Shown: positions 44,056 to 53,878, numbered from the stretch's first letter. The stretch is 64,000 nucleotides of DNA from Eubacteriales bacterium (GCA_045586595.1 JAZNAQ010000035.1:4310-68309), one strand, 5' to 3'. The notes: generated from the letters alone by a model not told the origin. A program made the numbers and translations.

Positions 44056-44865
44056 TTACGGTCTTTGACCGAGACCGCCCTCGAGGGTGAGTGTTTCACC
44101 CGTCATAAACTTAAAGTCGGGATGAGCAAGCTGGACGCAAACTCTGCCTATTTCAAGCTCAGAGTCACCGAAGTGCCCCATCGGCGGCATGTGAACGTTT
44201 TTGTCAAATGCCTCGGGGTATGCGTTTTTGAACTGTTCAAGCTGTGCTGTCCATGCAAGCGGGCATACAATATTTACATTGATGTTATCTTTGCCCCACT
44301 CAGTAGCTGCGACTCGGGTAAGCCCTCTGATTCCCTCTTTGGCGGCAGCGTATGCACACTGTCCGAAGTTGCCGAAAAGGCCTGCACCTGAGGCGAAGTT
44401 TATAACCGAGCCTTCAGTCTTTTTAAGATGCGGATAACACGCCTTCATATAGTAAAATGTGGCATAAAGACCGGAATACATAGCAAGGTCAAACTGCTCT
44501 GTGGTATGGTCGGCAATAGCAACACCGGAAGCAGATGCCTGGGCATTGTTGATAAGAACGTCAATTCTCCCGAACTCTTCAATGGTTTTCTCTACAACCA
44601 TATTAACCGTTGCTTCATTATCTGCCCCTGATGAAATATCAGCCTGGAGGATAAGCACCTTGATTCCATAAAGTCTTTCAAGCTCTTCTTTCGCCTCTTC
44701 AAGCTTCTTCACGTTTCTTCCTGTAATTACAAGGTTTGCCCCTTCTTTGGCATATGCTGTAGCAATGCCGTAGCCAATCGAGCCGCAACGACCATCCGAA
44801 AGGACAGCTCGTCCCGCTCCGGTGATGATGGCGGTTTTACCTGTTAAAAATCCCATGTCTGACAC
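44056..44865 (-). CDS. short-chain dehydrogenase/reductase (SDR)
   Basis: TGAG...GSIGYGIA cofactor motif (with an insertion), NNAQ, catalytic YAAAK. Confidence 0.8.
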   Translation of the reverse strand: MSDMGFLTGKTAIITGAGRAVLSDGRCGSIGYGIATAYAKEGANLVITGRNVKKLEEAKEELERLYGIKVLILQADISSGADNEATVNMVVEKTIEEFGRIDVLINNAQASASGVAIADHTTEQFDLAMYSGLYATFYYMKACYPHLKKTEGSVINFASGAGLFGNFGQCAYAAAKEGIRGLTRVAATEWGKDNINVNIVCPLAWTAQLEQFKNAYPEAFDKNVHMPPMGHFGDSELEIGRVCVQLAHPDFKFMTGETLTLEGGLGQRP

Positions 44866-44944
44866 CTCTTTATATTTTAATTTATTCTATATATATTATA
44901 ACACATAAATAATTTATCTGCAAATTTTAATTAAATTCTTGATT

Positions 44945-45775
44945 TTATTTAAGTTTTGATATTACCGTGCTTACAAGCATTGTAAAATCATTTGCGACTC
45001 TGTCGGCAGTTTCTTTCACTTCTTCATGGGTCAGCGGGGCGGAATTTCGCCCTGCCGCCATATTGGTTATGCAGCTTATGCCGCAAACCTTCATTCCCAT
45101 ATGCCGTGCAGCAATCGCCTCGCACGCTGTACTCATCCCTACCGCGTCCGCACCCATAATCTCATAAGCGCGAATCTCAGCCGGCGTTTCATAGTTTGGG
45201 CCGGTTGTCTGTATATATACACCCTCACACACATCAACCGAGAGCTTCTTTGCACTTTCACGGATTATCTCACAAAGCCCCTCGTCATACACTTTACTCA
45301 TATCAGGGAAGCGCACACCGAGCTCGTCTATATTCTCTCCGATAAGCGGCGAGGGAACAAGGCTTGATATGTGGTCTCTTATCATCATAAGCACGCCTTT
45401 TTCAAAACCTCGGTTTATACCTCCTGCGGCATTAGTCAAAAACAGAATTTCTGCCCCCAAAAGCCCCATAAGGCGGATTGGCATAACGACGTCACCGATA
45501 TTATACCCCTCGTAGTAGTGGACTCGCCCCTGCATTATAACAACAGGAACGCCTTTAATATAACCAAACACAAATCTGCCCTTATGACCTTGGACAGTTG
45601 ATACAGGAAAACCCGGAATCTCACTGTAGCAAACCGCAACTTCCGTATCTATATTGTCTGCTAGTGCGCCAAGCCCTGAACCGAGCACAAGCGCAACACG
45701 CGGCACAAAGTCAGTCTTTTGGCGTATATAATCAAGAGCTGACATTAGTTTCTTATATGCCTCTGACAAAGCCAA
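44945..45775 (-). CDS. punA: purine nucleoside phosphorylase (PunA-type)
   Basis: VLGSGLG, LTNAAGGIN and TTGPNYETPAEIR motifs. 276 aa. Confidence 0.85.
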   Translation of the reverse strand: MALSEAYKKLMSALDYIRQKTDFVPRVALVLGSGLGALADNIDTEVAVCYSEIPGFPVSTVQGHKGRFVFGYIKGVPVVIMQGRVHYYEGYNIGDVVMPIRLMGLLGAEILFLTNAAGGINRGFEKGVLMMIRDHISSLVPSPLIGENIDELGVRFPDMSKVYDEGLCEIIRESAKKLSVDVCEGVYIQTTGPNYETPAEIRAYEIMGADAVGMSTACEAIAARHMGMKVCGISCITNMAAGRNSAPLTHEEVKETADRVANDFTMLVSTVISKLK

Positions 45776-45837
45776 TCACCTCAAATTATTTTTTTAATAT
45801 TATCGTAAGTAGAAATAAAAGTCAATAAAACCACGCC

Positions 45838-46374
45838 TTATGCTATACTCGTTTTAACATAATCAACAAGCTCACATATAGCCTCTCTGTCGGTAAAATC
45901 GGCGCTCGTATCACACAGCCTGATGAGCAGTTTTTCCATATCTGTCGGATTCTCTTTTCCAGACATAATCTTCTTAAGCGTTTTAAGCGCAGCCTTATGC
46001 GGGATTGATAACTCATCTATAATCATTTTACCAAGGAAGTTAAACACCTTGATTTTTTTGCTTGCTTCGCTCTTGAAGTTTTTTTCAACAACAAGCTTGT
46101 CATAATATTCTCGATACTCGGGAGGCGTAAGCCCGGTTGAATAAACCACTATATTCTTGCCTTCAAGTTTGTCTATGTTCTTTGTTATCAGACTGACACC
46201 GTTTATCACTTCGGCATAAAGCCCTCCTCCATAAATTACAGTGTCGTATTTTTCAAGGTCCTCTGCCTTTATCCCTTTTGCATCAACCGCAGAGCATCCA
46301 AGCTCCTCGGCAATCCACTCGGCATAAGTCTTTGTTGAGCCGTATTTTGATTTGTAAATTACTATTGCATTCAT
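45838..46374 (-). CDS. flavodoxin-domain protein
   Basis: N-terminal IVIYKSKYGSTKTYAEWIAE FMN-binding loop. Confidence 0.7.
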   Translation of the reverse strand: MNAIVIYKSKYGSTKTYAEWIAEELGCSAVDAKGIKAEDLEKYDTVIYGGGLYAEVINGVSLITKNIDKLEGKNIVVYSTGLTPPEYREYYDKLVVEKNFKSEASKKIKVFNFLGKMIIDELSIPHKAALKTLKKIMSGKENPTDMEKLLIRLCDTSADFTDREAICELVDYVKTSIA

Positions 46375-46391
46375 ATAAAAAGTCTCCCTTA

Positions 46392-47315
46392 CTAAAGCTT
46401 TGGCAATGCACTTATTGCCGACATAAACTCCGCCACCGTACCGGATTTTTTAACTGCCTTTGCGATTTTCTTCTCATCCGGAAAGTTCTTTAGTATATAC
46501 ACCCATATTTCCTTCAGCTTATGCAACGTAAACACATCTGAGCCCAGAACAACTCTATACTTTTCAATAAGCCTTTTTGAAAATGCGATAAGCTCTTCGG
46601 TCTCAAGAGGTTTTCCTCCGCGTATTTCACGAAAAAGCGCGGGGTTTTGTATCACTCCTCTGCCAATCATTACACTATCAAGATTTTTAAATCTTTCTGT
46701 CATCCTCTGAAAATCGGCTGTTGTAAACACATCCCCATTATAGCAGAGCTTATTGTTTGATACATCATATGCCTTGGTAAAAGTGTTAATGTCAGGGCTT
46801 CCGTTGTAAAATTCTTCGCGCGTTCTCGGGTGTATCGTGAGGAGTGATATTGGGTATTTATTATAAACCTCCATAATTCGCTCCATCTCACTGTGCGACG
46901 AGAAACCCACCCTTGTTTTCACGGATATTTTCATATCACTTTTTGAAAATATCTCACAAAAGAATTCATCCATCGCCTCAGGGTTACACAGAAAACCCGC
47001 ACCCCTGCCCTTGCGAACAACAGTGGTTGCAGGACACCCTATATTTATATTCACCTCATCATATCCCAAAACCTTTATCTTATCGCAGAACTTCAAAAAC
47101 GACTCGGCATTGCTTGTTAACACCTGTACCTTTAAATCCGCCACCTTGTTCTTCTCGGGCAGGATATCCCGCATGCCCTTCCTACTCACCTTTTCCTGGT
47201 CGCTGGGGTTTATGAAGGGTGCAAAATACGCATCCGCGCCGCCGAACATTTCAGCATGGGTGTTTCTGTATGTATAGGTCGTTATCCCCTCAAGAGGCGC
47301 AAGATAGAGCTTCAT
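46392..47315 (-). CDS. tRNA-dihydrouridine synthase family protein
   Basis: Dus TIM-barrel motifs LAPLEGITT and EVNINIGCP (catalytic Cys). Confidence 0.8.
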   Translation of the reverse strand: MKLYLAPLEGITTYTYRNTHAEMFGGADAYFAPFINPSDQEKVSRKGMRDILPEKNKVADLKVQVLTSNAESFLKFCDKIKVLGYDEVNINIGCPATTVVRKGRGAGFLCNPEAMDEFFCEIFSKSDMKISVKTRVGFSSHSEMERIMEVYNKYPISLLTIHPRTREEFYNGSPDINTFTKAYDVSNNKLCYNGDVFTTADFQRMTERFKNLDSVMIGRGVIQNPALFREIRGGKPLETEELIAFSKRLIEKYRVVLGSDVFTLHKLKEIWVYILKNFPDEKKIAKAVKKSGTVAEFMSAISALPKL

Positions 47316-47341
47316 CCCTCTTTATCTCTCTTTCTCTATGC

Positions 47342-48682
47342 TTATATGTTTCTCACTATCAAACACACGTTTTCGACGTGTTTTGTTCGCGGGAACATGT
47401 CCACAGGTTGGACGGATACGGCGGTGTAGTCACCGCCTTCGCAGATTATCTTCAAATCTCTTGCAAGGGTTGCAGGGTCACACGATACATACACAAGCGT
47501 TTCCGGCGCCATTCGCTTTATCTCCGATATAACCTCGGGAGAGAGCCCCTTGCGCGGCGGGTCAACTACTATCGCATCAGGCTTTTCTCCGCGTGCGGCA
47601 AGCATTTCTGCCGCCTTTCCTGCATCGGCACATATAAACTCTGCATTTGTTATTCCGTTTTTCTCGGCGTTGCGTTTTGCATCCTCTATCGCCTGCGAAA
47701 CGACCTCTACACCCACAACACGCTCAAGTGCCTTTGCAAGCTTTAATGTTATTGTCCCGATTCCGCAATACAGGTCGAGCGCATATTTTGCTCCACTTTT
47801 AAGCGCGAGGCCTACAGCTGTGTCATACAGCTTTCCAGTCTGAGCTCGGTTTACCTGATAAAACGCAGCAGGCGATATTGAAAACTCAATCCCCGAAAGG
47901 TCGTCACAAAGGGTTTCTTCACCCCACAGCGTCATATATTTATCGCCGAGAATTACGTTTGTTTTCTTCTTATTTATATTCAGTACCGCGCCGCAGACCT
48001 CAGGTGCTTCTGCAGATAGCTTCTCACGAAGTTTTGAAATCTCATCGGGCCTCCTTGTCACAACAAGGCAGAGCAGTGCGCCGCCTTTGCCGTTTCGCAC
48101 ATATATATGGCGCAGAACCCCTTTGCCGCTCTTTTCATCATACGACTCTATTGCACACTCTTTCTGCCAAGCATGGACAACCGCGCGCACGCGGTCTGCA
48201 ATTTCACTCTGAATGAGGCAGACCTTGGATTCTACTATATCGTGACTTCGCGGGCGGTAAAACCCGCTCTCGGAATTACCGCTTACCGGGAATTGTGCCT
48301 TGTTGCGATAGCGCGTTGTACTGTCTGCTCCGATAATGGGAAGCACAGGTGTATCAAGCCCTGCAATTCTCTCTATCGCAGAGCGCACACGTTCTTCTTT
48401 TAGCCGAAGCTCCTCGGCGTATGACATATGCCACATTGTGCACCCTCCGCACTTCGGATAGTACTCGCACTCACTCTCTACTCTTTCGGGGGATGCCTCT
48501 ATAACACGAATAAGCTTTGCGTATGCAAAGCTTTTTTCAACCTTTAATATCATTATTTCGCATACTTCTCCGCGAAGCGCAAGAGGAACAAAAACCGCCA
48601 TGCCGTCTATTCTGGCAATGCCCGCGCCTTCGGAAGTATACCCCGTAATCTCTACGGTATAAAAATCGCCCTTCTTCATCAT
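47342..48682 (-). CDS. rlmD: 23S rRNA (uracil-5-)-methyltransferase RlmD/RumA family
   Basis: N-terminal TRAM domain, Fe-S cysteines CEYYPKCGGC, SAM motif DLYCGIGT, catalytic VYVSCDPATLARD. Confidence 0.85.
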   Translation of the reverse strand: MMKKGDFYTVEITGYTSEGAGIARIDGMAVFVPLALRGEVCEIMILKVEKSFAYAKLIRVIEASPERVESECEYYPKCGGCTMWHMSYAEELRLKEERVRSAIERIAGLDTPVLPIIGADSTTRYRNKAQFPVSGNSESGFYRPRSHDIVESKVCLIQSEIADRVRAVVHAWQKECAIESYDEKSGKGVLRHIYVRNGKGGALLCLVVTRRPDEISKLREKLSAEAPEVCGAVLNINKKKTNVILGDKYMTLWGEETLCDDLSGIEFSISPAAFYQVNRAQTGKLYDTAVGLALKSGAKYALDLYCGIGTITLKLAKALERVVGVEVVSQAIEDAKRNAEKNGITNAEFICADAGKAAEMLAARGEKPDAIVVDPPRKGLSPEVISEIKRMAPETLVYVSCDPATLARDLKIICEGGDYTAVSVQPVDMFPRTKHVENVCLIVRNI

Positions 48683-49146
48683 TTTCTTCGCCCCATAACA
48701 AATCTGACTGCAAGCGGCAATGAGATAATACCGAGAGCCGTTACATACGGCATAGAAATAAGCCTTGAAATTACTCTGCCGAACACATCAGGGGAGAGAA
48801 ATGTTATAAGCCCCACAGCCGCCGCAGAAATTGCGGTGACAAGCACAGCCCCTGCCGCAATGTCTTTTATCTCGCGTATGCGCTCATCAAACCTGCCCGA
48901 AACCGCGTCGCACAAAAGCTCAAGCGCCGTGTTTACAAGCTCTGCCGCCATAACAATCCCAAAGCACAGTATAAACCGCAAAACATCAGCCTTTTGTACC
49001 TCTCCTATGATTGAAAACACAAGAACATAGAACGTCATGCACATATGTATTCTGAAGTTGCGCTCATACTTTGCAACAGACCTTACCCCACGGAATGCAT
49101 TGCGAAAGCTCTTTGCAAGACTTCTCATCTCACGTTTTACGCGCAT
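48679..49146 (-). CDS. dgkA: diacylglycerol/undecaprenol kinase DgkA family
   Basis: Three-TM small kinase with AAELVNTALE motif. Synteny ybeY-dgkA. Confidence 0.8.
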   Translation of the reverse strand: MRVKREMRSLAKSFRNAFRGVRSVAKYERNFRIHMCMTFYVLVFSIIGEVQKADVLRFILCFGIVMAAELVNTALELLCDAVSGRFDERIREIKDIAAGAVLVTAISAAAVGLITFLSPDVFGRVISRLISMPYVTALGIISLPLAVRFVMGRRK

Positions 49147-49151
49147 CGCCT

Positions 49152-49640
49152 TTACCTCCCGATACCCATTCCGTTAAGGATTTCCTCCTGACGGGAAAAG
49201 TGGAGTTTTTCGTCCTCCTCGCTCTTCTCATGGTCATATCCGAGCAGATGAAGAGTGCCGTGAGCTGTAAGAAAGGCAAACTCACGCTCTTCGCTGTGGC
49301 CGTACTCCTGAGCCTGCTCTCTCGCACGGTCTGCCGATATGACAATATCTCCGAGCATAACAGTACCGGTTGAAGCATCTATCTCAAGCGGAGATACTTC
49401 TATTTTCTGCCCGGGAGTGAGCTCAAGCATCGGAAACGAGAGAACATCTGTCGGGCGGTCTATACCCCTATGCTCTAAATTGAGCTGATGTATGTTTTCA
49501 TCATCTGTTACTACTACGCATACATCGCACCCCTGCTCTACATTCTCTGCCTCAAGCGCGCCCTTTACAACGCGCTCAATCAATCCCTCAAGCTTTTCAT
49601 CGGGGGTTTCGCAAACAACTGTTATTCTATGCTCTACCAT
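49152..49640 (-). CDS. ybeY: rRNA maturation endoribonuclease YbeY
   Basis: Zinc motif HGTLHLLGYDH. Confidence 0.9.
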   Translation of the reverse strand: MVEHRITVVCETPDEKLEGLIERVVKGALEAENVEQGCDVCVVVTDDENIHQLNLEHRGIDRPTDVLSFPMLELTPGQKIEVSPLEIDASTGTVMLGDIVISADRAREQAQEYGHSEEREFAFLTAHGTLHLLGYDHEKSEEDEKLHFSRQEEILNGMGIGR

Positions 49641-50646
49641 TTTTACTACCCTGCCTTATCTGTTGTAATTTCTTTTCTCTCTCGCGATCGCGTTTGTCAT
49701 ACGCATTGATTATACGCTGGACAAGAACATGACGTACAACGTCCTTTGATGTAAGCATACACATCGCCACATCTTCTATACCCTGAAGCACGCGCATTGC
49801 ATCTCGTAGCCCCGACATCTTGCCGTCGGGAAGGTCTATCTGAGTTATATCACCGGTTATAACCGCCTTTGAGTTAAACCCAAGACGAGTAAGAAACATC
49901 TTCATCTGTTCAGGCGTTGTGTTCTGCGCCTCATCGAGAATTATAAATGAGTCGTCAAGCGTTCTGCCTCGCATATATGCAAGAGGCGCAACCTCTATAG
50001 TGCCGCGCTCCATATACCGCTGGAACGACTCAGGCCCTATCATGTCGTACAACCCGTCATACAGCGGGCGTAGGTACGGGTCAACCTTACTCTGTAAATC
50101 GCCCGGAAGAAAGCCGAGTTTCTCCCCTGCCTCGATTGCAGGGCGGGTGAGGATAATGCGGTTTATCTTTTTCTCGCGGAAGGCGTTTACCGCCGCCGCA
50201 ACGGCAAGATATGTCTTGCCCGTACCGGCAGGACCTATACCAAGCGTTACAGTGTTGTTCTGAATGGCATTAATATAATCACGCTGGCCTATTGTTTTGG
50301 GTTTTATGGGCTTCCCCTTAGTTGTTATGCATATAACATCGCGTGAAAGCTCTGCAATCTGCCCCTCTTTATTTTCTTCAACAAGGCCTATAACATATCG
50401 TATGTTCTGCTCGTTTATGCCTTCTCCGCGTGAGGATAACACAAGAAGGCTCTCGATAACCCTCACGGCACGGTCTGCACGCTCGACATCGCCTACAACC
50501 TTCAGCTCAGTATTTCGGTTTAACACCGTAACCCCGAGCTCACGCTCAAGTATCCCTATATTTTCGTCAAACGAGCCGAATATATCTGTCATCTGCTCAA
50601 GTCTTTCAATATTTATCGTGCGTTCTACCATGTTGTAATAAATCAC
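49627..50646 (-). CDS. phoH: PhoH-family ATPase
   Basis: Walker A GPAGTGKTYLA. IILDEAQN. Confidence 0.9.
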   Translation of the reverse strand: MIYYNMVERTINIERLEQMTDIFGSFDENIGILERELGVTVLNRNTELKVVGDVERADRAVRVIESLLVLSSRGEGINEQNIRYVIGLVEENKEGQIAELSRDVICITTKGKPIKPKTIGQRDYINAIQNNTVTLGIGPAGTGKTYLAVAAAVNAFREKKINRIILTRPAIEAGEKLGFLPGDLQSKVDPYLRPLYDGLYDMIGPESFQRYMERGTIEVAPLAYMRGRTLDDSFIILDEAQNTTPEQMKMFLTRLGFNSKAVITGDITQIDLPDGKMSGLRDAMRVLQGIEDVAMCMLTSKDVVRHVLVQRIINAYDKRDREREKKLQQIRQGSKNGRA

Positions 50647-51824
50647 CCATCTCTCAACATTTCTCTTTTTTCTCCGATTTTTTCAATACATTCCGCAGTT
50701 ATTGATGCATATGCAAACTTTTCATCCGAGGATGTTTTGAAGTCTGAGTTTACTATCTCGGCACCGTCGCTTATATTAACGGCTCTGTGCAGACCCTCGC
50801 TCAGATAGTTATATGCCTCTTCATCAGACATCCTGGCGGGTTGTATTTCATACTCGCGATACGTCGCACGCTCAAGCGACAGAGGGAGTTTCATGCGCCC
50901 GAATAGCGTAAGGTCTGTCTTTTTTATTATTTTATCACACTTTGCATATGAAATTCCACTGTTTATATATAATTTTATTCTGTTGCCGAATAATAATATT
51001 GTGTATGTGTTTTTTTCTTTGCCTGTATATACCTTTTCACTGTACTCTTTCTGCATTCTTGCCATCTTTCTGTACCATGTTCTGGCGGTGATTTCTGCAT
51101 CCGCATGAGTCATTACGGTAGCACCTGCTCTGCCTGTCATATACCCGCTTGCAAGTATCTGCCCCTTTGTAACAGTCTCACCCCGCACAACCTCAGGTGT
51201 CCCCGATTTTACGGTTATATCATATATTATCCCATCCTTATCTGCTATTATATCACACGCAACATCCTCAGGCAGTATGTCAGGAGGCAGTGTTCTCTTA
51301 CGCGCGGTAACAAGTGCGTGAGAGCCGCTGAAATTAACCGATATATACGAAAGCTCGGGCATATCTATAAGTATGTTGTTTTTTAAATCAGAGAGATTGA
51401 CTGAAGGCGCATATGTACCTACACCCAACCCGGATTCTTTAAGCGCTGTTTTGAGCTTTGCCGTGTCAAGGTCGGCAAACCCATCTATATCAATTACCCA
51501 CACAAAGCTCGTAAACACCCACGCTACAACACAGAATATTGCACATCCCGTAACGAGTGCTGCACGCTTTCGAAATTGGTTTGTAAAAAAAGGGAGCCCT
51601 GATTTTTCGATTATATGTACGCGGCACATAGCCTTTTTCGCGACACGCGGCAATCGTTTAAAGTTTGCAACCGTCATCCTTATGCGAAACACGCCAATTT
51701 CAACAACCGACATATCCCAAAACTCTATTCCGTTTCTCGCGCAGAGGTTAAAAAACCGCTCAGGATATGAACCTCTGACCTCAACAAGAACATTGCCGAG
51801 AAAAAAATTAACTGCATTCTGCAA
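50643..51824 (-). CDS. yqfD: sporulation protein YqfD
   Basis: 393 aa with a central TM. Follows yqfC and precedes phoH as in B. subtilis. Confidence 0.75.
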   Translation of the reverse strand: MQNAVNFFLGNVLVEVRGSYPERFFNLCARNGIEFWDMSVVEIGVFRIRMTVANFKRLPRVAKKAMCRVHIIEKSGLPFFTNQFRKRAALVTGCAIFCVVAWVFTSFVWVIDIDGFADLDTAKLKTALKESGLGVGTYAPSVNLSDLKNNILIDMPELSYISVNFSGSHALVTARKRTLPPDILPEDVACDIIADKDGIIYDITVKSGTPEVVRGETVTKGQILASGYMTGRAGATVMTHADAEITARTWYRKMARMQKEYSEKVYTGKEKNTYTILLFGNRIKLYINSGISYAKCDKIIKKTDLTLFGRMKLPLSLERATYREYEIQPARMSDEEAYNYLSEGLHRAVNISDGAEIVNSDFKTSSDEKFAYASITAECIEKIGEKREMLRDG

Positions 51825-51837
51825 CTCTATGCCCTCC

Positions 51838-52110
51838 TCATACGCCGAAGCTTACGCTGTCGATTTGCCCTGACAGGCGTATTTCTTCACCATTCATTGC
51901 AAGAACGCAAAGCCGCTGACCCAGAATTTTTACAGTACCCTTGCCTGCATTCAGCTGCACCTCATTGTCGGTAAGCTCAAGTATCCCCTTATGGTTTTCT
52001 ATAAACACTTCGCGGTTGCCCGTCATCTCTATGTGAAGAAGCCCTCCTCGTGTATCGGCAGGTATATCAAGAAGCTGTGCTGCACGCACGCGTATACTTT
52101 CTTTCTGCAT
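51838..52110 (-). CDS. yqfC: sporulation protein YqfC
   Basis: 90-aa YabP/YqfC-type protein (...NHKGILELTDNEVQL...). Synteny supports the call. Confidence 0.75.
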   Translation of the reverse strand: MQKESIRVRAAQLLDIPADTRGGLLHIEMTGNREVFIENHKGILELTDNEVQLNAGKGTVKILGQRLCVLAMNGEEIRLSGQIDSVSFGV

Positions 52111-52189
52111 ATTTTCGCTCTCCTTTCTATATTAATTCTATTAGCTTCGTCACCGTCATATGTTCAAAAAGATTTTAAACAAATTTTGC

Positions 52190-52218
52190 TTGCTTTTTCC
52201 TATACTTGGTACTATAAT
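52190..52218 (+). promoter_or_regulatory. candidate promoter of the GT2 gene
   Basis: TTGCTT (52190-52195), 17-nt spacer, TATAAT (52213-52218). Confidence 0.5.
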
Positions 52219-52256
52219 GTAATAGCCTTTATCAGGACTTGAAGGAGGGACGTTTT

Positions 52257-53519
52257 TTGCGCTCTTTTTTAGATAGCATTAATCTTTTACTTTTTATTTT
52301 CTTTACCGTGCTTTACTCATATCAGCTCATATATGTTTTTATCTCGCTTCTTGGCAAGAAAAAAACATTTATTGCAAAGAATAATCACAAATATGCCGCA
52401 ATAATCGCAGCGCGAAACGAACGGGTGGTTATCGCTCAGCTTATTGAGAGCATCAAAAAGCAAAAGTATCCGTCAGAACTTTGCGATATATATGTAATCG
52501 CAGATAACTGCACCGACGATACCGCCGAAGTTGCAGAAGCCGCAGGGGCAACCGTGTTCTCCCGAAACAACCAAAACCTCATAGGCAAGGGCTATGCACT
52601 CAACTTTGGTTTTAAAAAACTTGTCGAGGCCGGGCGCTTTTCGGATTATGACGGTTTCATCGTATTTGATGCAGATAACCTTCTTGACGAGAACTACATC
52701 ACTGAGATGAACAAAGTCTTTGATTCGGGCTATCGCATAGTTACCAGCTACCGCAACTCTAAAAACTATGATACAAACTGGATTTCGGCAGGCTCATCAC
52801 TCTGGTTTTTGCGCGAGGCAAAATATATAAACCGTTCACGAATGCTGCTCAACTCGAGCTGTGCCGTTTCGGGTACGGGGTTTCTCGTCTCACGCGAGAT
52901 TATCGAAGCAAACCGTGGCTGGCAGTACTATCTACTGACCGAAGACATTGAGTTCTCAATAGATAACGTCATCAAAAATGAGAAAATCGGTTATGCCGAA
53001 AATGCAATGCTCTACGACGAACAGCCTTACACATTCCGCGAGTCGTGGAATCAGCGCATACGCTGGGCAAAGGGCTTCTTCCAGGTGTTTGCGGCATACG
53101 GCGGAAAGCTATTTTGCTCTATATTTAAAAACCGCAGCTTTGCCTCATACGACATGCTTATGACGATTATGCCCGCCATGACTATTACTCTTATCGGTGC
53201 AATAGTAAACTCTGCGTTTCTTATATACTCGCTTCTGCATCTGCCCACGATGAAAACGCTTGCCGCGGTCGCAGGGATTGCGCTCTTTATGACTTTCTTT
53301 AACTTCTACGCTGTTCTGTTCTTCTTCGGTGCGATTACCACGATTACCGAATGGAGCAAAATCAACTCAACCACAGGCAAAAAAATTCTTTATATGTTTA
53401 CATTCCCGATATTTATTTTCACATATATCCCGATTTCTATCGTTGCGATATTCAAGAAGATTGAGTGGAAGCCAATTCGCCACAACATAGCAAAAAACAT
53501 AGAAGAATTCCAGAAATAA
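52257..53519 (+). CDS. membrane-embedded family-2 glycosyltransferase, processive synthase type (IcaA/PgaC-like architecture)
   Basis: Motifs DNCTDDT, FDADN, LTEDIEF (TED) and QRIRW (QxxRW). One N-terminal and several C-terminal TMs. Start probably TTG 52257, 7 nt after AGGAGGG (track start TTG 52239). Confidence 0.8.
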   Translation: MRSFLDSINLLLFIFFTVLYSYQLIYVFISLLGKKKTFIAKNNHKYAAIIAARNERVVIAQLIESIKKQKYPSELCDIYVIADNCTDDTAEVAEAAGATVFSRNNQNLIGKGYALNFGFKKLVEAGRFSDYDGFIVFDADNLLDENYITEMNKVFDSGYRIVTSYRNSKNYDTNWISAGSSLWFLREAKYINRSRMLLNSSCAVSGTGFLVSREIIEANRGWQYYLLTEDIEFSIDNVIKNEKIGYAENAMLYDEQPYTFRESWNQRIRWAKGFFQVFAAYGGKLFCSIFKNRSFASYDMLMTIMPAMTITLIGAIVNSAFLIYSLLHLPTMKTLAAVAGIALFMTFFNFYAVLFFFGAITTITEWSKINSTTGKKILYMFTFPIFIFTYIPISIVAIFKKIEWKPIRHNIAKNIEEFQK

Positions 53520-53522
53520 CAA

Positions 53523-53556
53523 ATGCACCGTCTTTTGTGACGGTGCATCTTTGTTT
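53523..53556 (+). terminator. terminator of the GT2 gene
   Basis: Stem ATGCACCGTC/GACGGTGCAT (53523-53532/53539-53548), then CTTTGTTTT. Confidence 0.7.
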
Positions 53557-53566
53557 TACATACTTA

Positions 53567-53597
53567 AAAGGCTTGTGTGAAATTCACACAAGCCTTT
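53567..53597. terminator. second, bidirectional hairpin
   Basis: AAAAGGCTTGTGTGA-AAT-TCACACAAGCCTTTT, a perfect 14-15 bp palindrome. Confidence 0.6.
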
Positions 53598-53877
53598 TAC
53601 GGCGGTGCAACTTAGGGATAAATTGTCTTAAAACACCATTTTTAGCACATAGCCGCACAAAAAACACTCTCTATCCGTCAGGATAACCTCGTATTTTTTG
53701 TTTGCTCTGTATCAAAAAATGGTAGTTTTAAGATGCCTTGCAGTTTTGAAATAGGAATTTCTCGTTAAAAGAAAGAATAAAAATCAGGTAATACTGGCGT
53801 ATTACCTGATTTTTTGATGCACTTTTAGCGGGAAATGTCAATTCAAAACCAATTTAGTTCTAAGTTGCTCCGCCGTA
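53598..53877. repeat. 280-bp intergenic element bounded by 27-bp imperfect inverted repeats (MITE-like or structured RNA)
   Basis: 53598-53624 is TACGGCGGTGCAACTTAGGGATAAATT. The reverse complement of 53851-53877 is TACGGCGGAGCAACTTAGAACTAAATT. 23 of 27 positions are identical. Confidence 0.5.
53778..53815 (-). terminator. ftsH terminator (bidirectional hairpin), located inside the IR-bounded element
   Basis: 12-bp stem AATCAGGTAATA/TATTACCTGATT (53782-53793/53800-53811) flanked by A/T runs. Confidence 0.7.
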
Positions 53878-53878
53878 T

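Noticed and set aside
53598-53877. 6S RNA or another known structured RNA for the IR-bounded element
   Set aside because: Only the terminal 27-nt helix is evident. Sequence immediately inside the repeats does not continue the pairing, and I recognise no conserved ncRNA motif. It is left as an unclassified element.
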